Shown here one piece after another: positions 1 to 6,747 of a stretch of DNA of 24,805 bases; position 1 is the first letter of the stretch, and the number at the start of each line of letters is the position of its first letter. The position numbers and the translations under genes were made by a program. A model generated the notes under the pieces. That model worked only from the letters and a program-made list of their open reading frames with translations, was not told the DNA's origin and did not search any database. The stretch is taken from NCBI GenBank assembly GCA_050014495.1, contig JBEKDF010000040.1, forward strand, positions 1 to 24,805, read 5' to 3'. This DNA is from Candidatus Bathyarchaeia archaeon (GTDB taxonomy: Archaea; Thermoproteota; Bathyarchaeia; TCS64).

Positions 1-857
1 AGGAAATCCCTAACGGTCTCAATGTAGAGATCTCTCTCCTTTGATAATGCATCGTGTCCACTCTCTCTGAATATCGCCAACCTCGATCCTCTAATCCCGC
101 GATGAATCGTCCTCGCACATACAGGTGTGACAAGGTCCCGTGCTCCAACAGTCACGAGCGTCGGAACGCGTATCTGCTTCAGCTCCCTCTTCACATCCCA
201 CGACGCAAGATTGCCGGTCACGGTGAAGGCCTCGGGTTCCCCCATCATGACCTTCAAGATCTTAACGTTGCTCGTCGTGATGGCTGATTCGTAAGGTGTC
301 ACTCGTAAGTCTGAATAGTGCCTCTGCATGAACTCTGCCACCGCCTCCTTGTACCTCGGGTCATCGAACATACCCTTCGGTTCACATTCTTCGATGGCCA
401 TGCGTTTCTCAGCCGGTAGCAAGGAGATAAGCCGGCGTAGCTCCGCGACCCACTCTGCTGTACTGGCGTACCCACTCGAGACGATGAGACTAAGGAATTC
501 CCCTGGGTGGCTGAGGACAGTCTGAAGTGCAAGACAACCACCGTAGCTGTGTCCCCATAGATGAACCCGACCCAGGCGCAGACTTCCGCGGACCGCCTCA
601 ACTTCGTCAGAGGATTGCTCAATTGTGTAGTTTCGATATGAGCTGGGCTTCTCTGATTCTCCGCACCCAAGCTGGTCATACCATACAACTCGGTATCCCA
701 ATGGCGCAAGGTCCGCCATATTGATCCCCGTCCAGTGGTCCGAGCCGGGTCCGCCGTGTAAACAGAGGATGGTGCCCTTTGAGGGTCTCCCGATTGACAC
801 GTAATATATGCGATGGCCTTGAGTCATGACGAATCCATCTTGGAACATTAGGGCCAT
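1..857 (-). CDS. Proline iminopeptidase-like alpha/beta hydrolase (S33 family), 3' end beyond window
   Basis: Not in ORF track (no stop inside the window). Manual translation from ATG 857 (alt 848): MALMFQDGFVMTQGHRIYY..LCLHGGPGS..VVWYDQLGCGES..VHLWGHSYGG..PTLVTVGARDLV..SGH; HGGPG, GxSxG nucleophile, Asp and His all present; frame stays open to base 1. Confidence 0.9.
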   Translation of the reverse strand, partial: MALMFQDGFVMTQGHRIYYVSIGRPSKGTILCLHGGPGSDHWTGINMADLAPLGYRVVWYDQLGCGESEKPSSYRNYTIEQSSDEVEAVRGSLRLGRVHLWGHSYGGCLALQTVLSHPGEFLSLIVSSGYASTAEWVAELRRLISLLPAEKRMAIEECEPKGMFDDPRYKEAVAEFMQRHYSDLRVTPYESAITTSNVKILKVMMGEPEAFTVTGNLASWDVKRELKQIRVPTLVTVGARDLVTPVCARTIHRGIRGSRLAIFRESGHDALSKERDLYIETVRDF

Positions 858-890
858 TCTAAAACACTATAGAATACTGGGGCCCTAATG
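846..890. promoter_or_regulatory. Bulged inverted repeat covering the peptidase start codons
   Basis: CATTAGGGCC (846-855) / GGCCCTAATG (881-890) perfect 10-bp arms, inner ATTCTA (856-861) / TAGAAT (870-875). Confidence 0.5.
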
Positions 891-942
891 GAATATATAT
901 CGCGTGCGTCGTCGCTACAATATATTAGGTTGTCTAAATCTG

Positions 943-1521
943 CTATTGAGAAGTAACCTGATTTGATGAGGAACTAACTAAATCATATCCACCAAAACGC
1001 ACCGAGTCACCCCTCCCGACAGCCACCCTATTCAACTCATTCGACAGAAACTCGATCAAGCTGAAGTAGTTAGGCATATCCGCCCTCACCCTCCAATCCT
1101 TCACGATTGACTCATACTTCTGCCAGAACGCGGTAACGTTCGTCGGGAATATATCGTATATGAGGTCCGCGTCTATCCAACCCCTCTTGAGGAGCACCGC
1201 TATTCCCTCGAAGTAGTTCTCAACTGAGAGGATGTTCTTCTTGGGGAACGGGTACTTCCTGTAGTAGTCCTCTGGGTCCTTCCACTCTCTCGACATTATC
1301 TCGAAGTAGCGCTCCACGAAGTCTGGGTCGCGGAACTCCTCGTATATCTGTGTGAATAGCTGGGCTTGGCGTGTATCGAGTTCCCTGTCTCTTGTTTCCT
1401 GGGTCCGTCTATTGGAGTTGATGTAGCTTCTGACTCCTATGAATGCGGCCGTTAGTGTTCCAATCACCCCAACTACTTGAGCGACGTATGCGGTCGCTTG
1501 CAGAGTAACTAAGTCAACCAT
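943..1521 (-). CDS. DUF4760-like protein with N-terminal membrane anchor (paralog 1)
   Basis: 192 aa; N-terminal hydrophobic helix, DTRQAQLFTQIY, YFEGIAVLLKRGWID, FWQK motifs typical of DUF4760-like proteins (family call from memory). Confidence 0.75.
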   Translation of the reverse strand: MVDLVTLQATAYVAQVVGVIGTLTAAFIGVRSYINSNRRTQETRDRELDTRQAQLFTQIYEEFRDPDFVERYFEIMSREWKDPEDYYRKYPFPKKNILSVENYFEGIAVLLKRGWIDADLIYDIFPTNVTAFWQKYESIVKDWRVRADMPNYFSLIEFLSNELNRVAVGRGDSVRFGGYDLVSSSSNQVTSQ

Positions 1522-1526
1522 TAATC

Positions 1527-1571
1527 ATCACTGGATTAGAGTCAGGTGGAAGTGAGGATAAGGCTATTGAG
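1527..1571 (-). repeat. Conserved upstream module, copy 1 (putative promoter/leader or recombination site)
   Basis: + strand ATCACTGGATTAGAGTCAGGTGGAAGTGAGGATAAGGCTATTGAG; 38 of 45 aligned columns identical to 2103-2146; core 1542-1562 identical to 4254-4274. Confidence 0.9.
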
Positions 1572-2097
1572 CCATTGGTCTCGGGGTCTCTGGGTGCTGC
1601 TTCTTCCATATCTCGTAAATGACGTTGTACAAATACTCCATGCCCTCAGCCATAGTTGGTCTATTCATATTTACCCTAATATCTATGAACATTGGCCCCA
1701 ATTTCTGCCAGAACACGACCACATATGCGGACATGAGGTCCTCCACCAGCGTGGGGTCTATGAAGCCCCGCATCACGAAGACCCCTAGGCCCTCGAAGAA
1801 GCTGCCGACTATGTTCACCTTCTTCCAGATCTCTGGGTTATTGGGCCCGAACTTCGAGTTGAAGTCGCTCCAATCCCTGTACTCTAGGGCGATTATGGTA
1901 TTCCACGCTTCCTGGAACTCGTATTCGCTCCACCTCTGGTAGAGGTTCATGAGGAGCTGGGCCTGTCGTGTGTCTAGTGTCTGCTTGCTGTTTCTCTGCA
2001 TGACCCTCATGTTCATCACGTAGTAGGCTGCTGCCACTAGTACCCCTGTGGCCGCCACCATGTAGTAAGCAGCCTGAATCTCAGATAGATCCACCAT
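1564..2097 (-). CDS. DUF4760-like protein with N-terminal membrane anchor (paralog 2)
   Basis: 177 aa; MVDL start, TM helix, DTRQAQLLMNLY, FFEGLGVFVMRGFID, FWQK, clearly homologous to 943-1521. Confidence 0.75.
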   Translation of the reverse strand: MVDLSEIQAAYYMVAATGVLVAAAYYVMNMRVMQRNSKQTLDTRQAQLLMNLYQRWSEYEFQEAWNTIIALEYRDWSDFNSKFGPNNPEIWKKVNIVGSFFEGLGVFVMRGFIDPTLVEDLMSAYVVVFWQKLGPMFIDIRVNMNRPTMAEGMEYLYNVIYEIWKKQHPETPRPMAQ

Positions 2098-2102
2098 AAT
2101 TA

Positions 2103-2146
2103 ATCACTGGTTAGAGTCGGGTGGAAGCGGGAATAAGATTATTGAG
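2103..2146 (-). repeat. Conserved upstream module, copy 2
   Basis: + strand ATCACTGGTTAGAGTCGGGTGGAAGCGGGAATAAGATTATTGAG; differs from copy 1 by one indel and six transitions. Confidence 0.9.
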
Positions 2147-2161
2147 TGGACATTCACTCAA
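2142..2161. promoter_or_regulatory. Near-perfect palindrome between divergent genes (candidate operator)
   Basis: TTGAGTGGA-CA-TTCACTCAA, 9-bp arms with one mismatch. Confidence 0.45.
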
Positions 2162-2226
2162 CTGCCTCCTCCTCTGAGATGCCCAGGTTTTAAGTGGCTG
2201 AGTGAGCTCGCCGTGATGGTGATATA

Positions 2227-2517
2227 ATGGACCTGGAGGAGGCGTCAAAGAAGGTCTTCGAGGATGCAATGAATCGGTTTGAGAATGATGCCATGAAGAC
2301 ACTATCAAACCAGGAGGACCGAGAGGCCCTAGCAGAGTTAATAGTTGAATGGAGACGGCTGGGTGAGAGAACGCTGTTAAAGTTGTCGATGAATCAGCCC
2401 TGGAATATGCCGTTGTATTTTGCATTGTCGGCTGCTGTTCTTAATCGTAGGGAGATCAACAGGCTCAGGAAGAGTCTGGTTACCAGCGGGAAAAACACGG
2501 CTTCATCCTCACCCTGA
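2227..2517 (+). CDS. Small alpha-helical hypothetical protein, weakly reminiscent of PolB2-associated arCOG07300-like proteins
   Basis: 96 aa ORF with GGTGA SD-like motif just upstream; EDREALAELI...P...NRREINRLRK pattern; family resemblance by eye only. Confidence 0.6.
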   Translation: MDLEEASKKVFEDAMNRFENDAMKTLSNQEDREALAELIVEWRRLGERTLLKLSMNQPWNMPLYFALSAAVLNRREINRLRKSLVTSGKNTASSSP

Positions 2518-2647
2518 GCCTCATCCTATGGGGCGGCGATATTGGCGCATAAAGGTCGGGGGCGGAGCGAGGGTGAGGCTGTAAAGCCCCACGACAACTA
2601 AACCAGTATAGGCGCCACTACTTTATAGATTTCAACGTAGAGAAGTT

Positions 2648-3379
2648 TTATTCTCTACCGGCTTCTACACCTACAACCAATATTGGGAATGGCAGAATCT
2701 CCTTGAACGCCTCTATGTCCTGGGTCACATTGCTGTATCTCGGCTCTTTATAGGTGGGAACTATGAATACCAGAGAATCAAGCTGGCCTTGCTGATACGC
2801 CCATAGCGATCTAAAAAGACTCCTATGGATCGCATCAATCAACGACCTCTCAATCTCCACCCCCGTCTTAGAGCTATATGCATCCAATCTGTACCCCGCA
2901 ACTGGGAACTTCGATACCTCGGTCTCCCAGCCAGATTTACGGAAAACCCCCTGTACAGCGTCATGATCCTCTGATGAGGAGAGGTCAGTCAGATTAGCCG
3001 CGTTTAGAATTACTTGAAGTTGTTTTTTCCTTTCAAGAAGCTCCGATGCGTTCTTGTAGCTGTAAATATGAGTATTTGAGTTAGGCCCAGACTTCATGGA
3101 GGGTGTAGTCTCCTGTTTTCTGATTGCTGTTGTACTATTGGTGAGACAGTATAGTCCTAATCCGATTCTTGTCAGTACCCGGTATTTATCGGGTATACTG
3201 GAAGAGGTGCTTTGAGGGACCATATCCGCCATCGTTGTCCCCACATCTTTCTACCTTTCTCCATATTTTTTCACTATTATTTTTTTGACTTCTGAGATAG
3301 AACCGGTACCTCCAAGTTCATTCAATGCCTCGATTATGGCGTCTTGGAGGGTGCCTCTGTCGGTGGATAAAGGTGACAT
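2648..3379 (-). pseudogene. Winged-helix + PD-(D/E)XK endonuclease (BglII/BstYI-like catalytic motif) interrupted by one in-frame TAG
   Basis: ATG 3379 reads MSPLSTDRGTLQDAIIEALNELGGTGSISEVKKIIVKKYGER, TAG at 3253-3251, then KD and continues in frame into the 2648..3244 ORF, which carries RLDAYSSKTGVEIER. Confidence 0.7.
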
Positions 3380-3483
3380 GAGAGTAATTTCATGTTTCGG
3401 CGATATATATGGTCCTAAAGTATGCTCGCACGTGGCTTAGGACAGTAAATTAAAGTAGAATAATGCAAAACAGGGTGGATGGT

Positions 3484-3905
3484 TCAAGTTTCTTTGAAGT
3501 CCGATATGTCCCCGATGGCTTTGAATCCGTCGAACCCTTCTTCGATTAGGCTCTGGTCTTTAAGCTTTTGAATGATTTTCTTAACTTCTTCATGTGCGAT
3601 GTCAGTCACGCGAGCAATCTTTGTGAGACTTTGATAATTGGAACCTTGACATGCACGCCAAATCCTAGCGGTCTTATCCTCGTCCCTATACTCATCGGGT
3701 CCCTGAAGCTAAATACATCTCCAATTGCCTGAAAATCCTTGTTGCCGTGAAAGGACTCATCGATGAGTCCCTGGTCCTTGAGCGCATAGATAATCTTCTC
3801 AACCTCAGCACGGTCGATGCCAGAGTCACGAGCGATCTTCGTTAGACTTAGGTGGCCGTAGCCTGAAGCAGCCTTCCAGACCCTTTCAACCTTGTTTATA
3901 TCCGT
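3484..3905 (-). pseudogene. Tandem double winged-helix/HTH protein, ACG in place of a start codon and a frameshift near 3700
   Basis: Frame A: KVERVWKAASGYGHLSLTKIARDSGIDRAEVEKIIYALKDQGLIDE..FQAIGD; frame B (-1): KTARIWRACQGSNYQSLTKIARVTDIAHEEVKKIIQKLKDQSLIEE..FKAIGD..stop at 3484. GGTGA SD-like motif precedes ACG at 3905. Confidence 0.75.
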
Positions 3906-4223
3906 TCTTTTTTCACCGTCTTCTATTTTGACTTATAACTATATGTCATTTTAGTGCATTCCACACTTGTATGCATCAGAACGAATATGAGATGTGACCT
4001 AAGTGAGGTTATGAGAGACTGTAGTAGAATAGACGATTTTCACCCAAATTCTCTGTAAAATCCTTCCTATTTCCTAAAATCTCCATTTTAGGCGCTATCC
4101 CCCGTTTAACGGGTGAATAGTTAAATGATGGCAAATAGATCAGTCGCCGTTCATTATATAATCTTACAGTTTGTTGTTTGGAACATAGCGGAGAGTTCCA
4201 ATTGATCAATTACATATTCCGAA

Positions 4224-4251
4224 GCTGAGCATATTCTAAGTTATAGTTGAG
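4224..4251. other. dif-like 11-6-11 candidate tyrosine recombinase site
   Basis: GCTGAGCATAT-TCTAAG-TTATAGTTGAG; left arm 8/11 to E. coli XerC arm GGTGCGCATAA, right arm 6/11 to XerD arm TTATGTTAAAT. Confidence 0.3.
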
Positions 4252-4253
4252 TA

Positions 4254-4274
4254 TCAGGTGGAAGTGAGGATAAG
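4254..4274 (-). repeat. Conserved module core, copy 3 (orphan, no downstream DUF4760-like gene)
   Basis: TCAGGTGGAAGTGAGGATAAG, exact 21-nt match to 1542-1562. Confidence 0.9.
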
Positions 4275-4440
4275 ATATTCGACCTCTTTCACCTCGCCAC
4301 CCGCACGCTAATGTGTCAAACAGTACACACGCTGAAAGCCTAAGCCGATGATTGCACATGCAACCCTCTGAACCAAATTGATTCAACTCGAATGATTGCA
4401 ACTATAACCAAGATCGATCTATTTCTCTACGGGACACCCG

Positions 4441-4599
4441 ATGTCAAAGCGAATTGATGAGGCGAAAGAAAAGAACTATGAAACGAGAGAGCACCTGCCC
4501 TACTGGATGAGTGAGCTACTCAAGATGTGCGACGAGGCTATGGAGAAGCAACCCCAACCATCTTCAACGAGAGACAACCCCACGAAATCTAAAAAGTAA
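4441..4599 (+). CDS. Small hypothetical protein (52 aa)
   Basis: Below ORF-track cutoff: MSKRIDEAKEKNYETREHLPYWMSELLKMCDEAMEKQPQPSSTRDNPTKSKK; TATA-like ACTATAA ~35 nt upstream and T-tract after the stop. Confidence 0.45.
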   Translation: MSKRIDEAKEKNYETREHLPYWMSELLKMCDEAMEKQPQPSSTRDNPTKSKK

Positions 4600-4600
4600 T

Positions 4601-4617
4601 AAAATAATTATTTTTTT
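4601..4617 (+). terminator. AT-rich palindrome with oligo-T tract
   Basis: AAAATAATTATTTT (4601-4614) perfect palindrome running into T7 directly after the stop at 4599. Confidence 0.4.
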
Positions 4618-4709
4618 ACGGACATCTGCCAACGTTCACGGATTATAGTCATGTAGAGGTAGGGATGACTCGCTTCTCTGGATCATCTACTGAATATTTC
4701 TCTATTAGG

Positions 4710-4934
4710 ATGAGCTTGACGCGCACAAACCTGTACCTGCGGCAATGGGAGGAGGCGGTCGGCACGCTGGAGAAGATCGACACCAACGAGCTGACACTGG
4801 ACACCGGAGTCCTTGAACTACCCACGGAGACGCTCCAGAAAACCAGCCTCACGGAGCTGATCAGCAGAAGAGTCGCCGTCCTCAGAACAGACGACCCAGA
4901 CCACCCATACCTGATCCGCGAAGAGAAGAACTAG
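4710..4934 (+). CDS. Small hypothetical protein convergent on the integrase
   Basis: Likely start ATG 4710 (track start 4665): MSLTRTNLYLRQWEEAVGTL...RVAVLRTDDPDHPYLIRE; stop overlaps the integrase stop (CTAG 4931-4934). Confidence 0.65.
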   Translation: MSLTRTNLYLRQWEEAVGTLEKIDTNELTLDTGVLELPTETLQKTSLTELISRRVAVLRTDDPDHPYLIREEKN

Positions 4935-5923
4935 AGCAACCCCAGCCTCGGGACAAGCGGGAGATACTCCTCCCTGAGCTCTGAGAACGGAATATGATCA
5001 TATACATCCACCGCCTCTCTACGAGAATCTCCGCGAAGTTCCTTCAGAAACTCCCTACTCATACCCGCCCTGCGAAGCTCCGTCGTCAAGAAGTGCCTGA
5101 AGCAGTGCGGGCTAAAGTGGTCCTCAAGCCGTGCACTAGAGGGGTCACTCAACCCCACCCTCTCCGCGTTACCCGACACGACCTTATACACGATGTTACG
5201 CCCAATCCGCTTACCACGATCCCCGATGAACAGAGCAGTCTCCCCATTCGCTACGTAGTCCGCCCTAACCTTCAGCCACCTACCCAGCAACACCGCTGCC
5301 TCATCATCGAAGGGCACCTTGCGGTTGCTCCTCTTCCGCTTCGGCTTCAACTGGATCCCGCCTAGACGCCAGTCGATGTCGTCTATATCCATCGAGATCA
5401 GCTCACCCTTCCGGACACCCGTCTTCGCGAATATCGCCATAATCGTCTTTTCCTGTAGGTCCAACGTAGAGTTGATGAGGGTGGACGCCTCCTCGACGCT
5501 GATCAGCTTCCTGCCCTCGGGCTCCACCCTCTTCTTGTAGGTGTTCAGGTAATGCCTCTTGAAGGCGGGGACGAGGTTCGTCTGGGTGACTTCCTCCCAG
5601 ATGAGGAAGTTGTAGAAGCCGCTCAGCGCCGTGTAGTAGTTACTGATGTTCTTGTCACTCAGCGGCTCACCATACCGGTTATGTCGTCGCTCCTTCAGGT
5701 AGTCGAGCAGAGCCTCAAGCTCATGCTTTCCCGCTAACGGCAGTGTTGAACCCAAGTTGCTGAGGAAGCTGGATATGATCCTGAGCCGCGACTCGTAGTT
5801 CTGCCAGCTCGACTTCGGGCTTCCTCTCCTCTGATAGTATTTGATGTAACGCTCGATAAGCTGCGCATCGCTAGGGAGAGGGTGACTCGACACGTTTGTC
5901 GTCTCTACTCTTTCCATGTCCAA
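4931..5923 (-). CDS. Tyrosine recombinase/integrase (XerC/D-like)
   Basis: N-terminal core-binding-like domain; KTGVRKGEL (Arg), KPKRKR (Lys), SPHCFRH (HxxR), LRGD, VDVYDH (Tyr). Confidence 0.95.
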   Translation of the reverse strand: MDMERVETTNVSSHPLPSDAQLIERYIKYYQRRGSPKSSWQNYESRLRIISSFLSNLGSTLPLAGKHELEALLDYLKERRHNRYGEPLSDKNISNYYTALSGFYNFLIWEEVTQTNLVPAFKRHYLNTYKKRVEPEGRKLISVEEASTLINSTLDLQEKTIMAIFAKTGVRKGELISMDIDDIDWRLGGIQLKPKRKRSNRKVPFDDEAAVLLGRWLKVRADYVANGETALFIGDRGKRIGRNIVYKVVSGNAERVGLSDPSSARLEDHFSPHCFRHFLTTELRRAGMSREFLKELRGDSRREAVDVYDHIPFSELREEYLPLVPRLGLL

Positions 5924-6426
5924 CCCTTCCCCGATGCTCTGATCAAGCCGTATTCGTGCAGGTTCTCGATCTGGCTGAGGATACCCTTCACGACCTCCGT
6001 ATCACGGGCATTAACCCCTAGTTTGCCTAGAATCTCTGTGGAAGTGTGGAGTCCGGGTTCTCTGAGTACCTCCACGAGTCGTTTATCATAAGTCCGCTTG
6101 CCTTTGAAGCCCTCTTCGGTGAAGACCCTGCTACGATAAACTTGTAGGTCCTCTTCCAGTTTCTCCACTAAGAGTTCTAGGTGACCTATGCGCTTGTCCT
6201 TCTCATTGATCTCCTTCCGAAGTGTAGTGTTCTCCTCGATCAGTTTGGTTCTACTGTTGTAGTTTTCGTCTTGCTCTAAGCTGAGTGAGTTCTGGACGTG
6301 GTCTATGACGAATTTCGATATCGGTACCCCGGCTTCGCTTGAGAGTGTCTTCCACTTGTCCGTTAGTTGCTGTGTTGGTGGGTAGACGTAGATGGCTCTC
6401 TTCTTGAGTGACTCGTCTTTGACCAA
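5905..6426 (-). CDS. Putative DNA-binding protein (RHH-like N-terminus, coiled coil, winged-helix-like C-terminus) coupled to the integrase
   Basis: RAIYVY strand then two helices (WKTLSSEAGVPISKFVIDHV); central heptad-rich segment; C-terminal LHEYGLIRASGKGWTW; 3' end overlaps the integrase start. Confidence 0.7.
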   Translation of the reverse strand: MVKDESLKKRAIYVYPPTQQLTDKWKTLSSEAGVPISKFVIDHVQNSLSLEQDENYNSRTKLIEENTTLRKEINEKDKRIGHLELLVEKLEEDLQVYRSRVFTEEGFKGKRTYDKRLVEVLREPGLHTSTEILGKLGVNARDTEVVKGILSQIENLHEYGLIRASGKGWTWKE

Positions 6427-6478
6427 GATTCTCTGGTTTTGTGTTCTGTTTCTGGGTATTTAGCAGTTACTAGTAAAA

Positions 6479-6563
6479 TGGTGCAGGGGGTGGGGTTCGA
6501 ACCCACGGAGGACTAACCATCAGGTCCTAAGCCTGACCCCTTTGGCCACTCGGGAACCCCTGC
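6479..6563 (-). tRNA. tRNA-Leu (anticodon TAG), CCA encoded, no intron
   Basis: GCAGGGG acceptor stem pairs with CCCCTGC-A-CCA; anticodon arm TCAGG-CTTAGGA-CCTGA; long variable arm; GGTTCGAACCC T-arm. Confidence 0.97.
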
Positions 6564-6747
6564 AGCACCCACAAATGTGATCGGGGGTAATTTAAAAGGT
6601 ATCTGAGGTAGTCAACCCTTTGATATTTTGTTAAATTTAATAATTCTTCATTATTAAGCACGTGACGCAGCCCCTAAAAATCCAAAACCAAGCATCCAGG
6701 GGGAAAGAGATAAGGTTCCCTGGGGCTAATTCAAACGCGTGTGTACT

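Larger units (their letters stand above)
4931..6478 (-). mobile_element. Right end (integration module) of a putative integrative element at tRNA-Leu; left boundary not identified
   Basis: Integrase module lies ~50 nt from the tRNA 3' end, followed by pseudogenes, nuclease and accessory genes; no second att copy of the tRNA 3' end seen in the window. Confidence 0.6.

Noticed and set aside
54..724. Track ORFs 54-287, 299-709, 328-525, 527-724
   Set aside because: Shadow frames of the real minus-strand peptidase at 1-857.
3251..3253. Genome-wide TAG recoding (pyrrolysine)
   Set aside because: TAG is the normal stop of many conserved full-length genes in the window; no pyl genes seen.
1527..4274. 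CRISPR array interpretation of the repeated module
   Set aside because: Only three copies, spaced ~575 and ~2100 nt apart with genes between; no cas genes.
4009..4401. Track ORFs 4009-4209 and 4210-4401
   Set aside because: Short, non-ATG starts, AT-rich, no recognisable motifs; they overlap repeat and hairpin features.
4931..5923. Classical integron integrase (IntI) with attC sites
   Set aside because: No recognisable IntI-specific insertion and no RYYYAAC...GTTRRRY attC ends seen at gene junctions.
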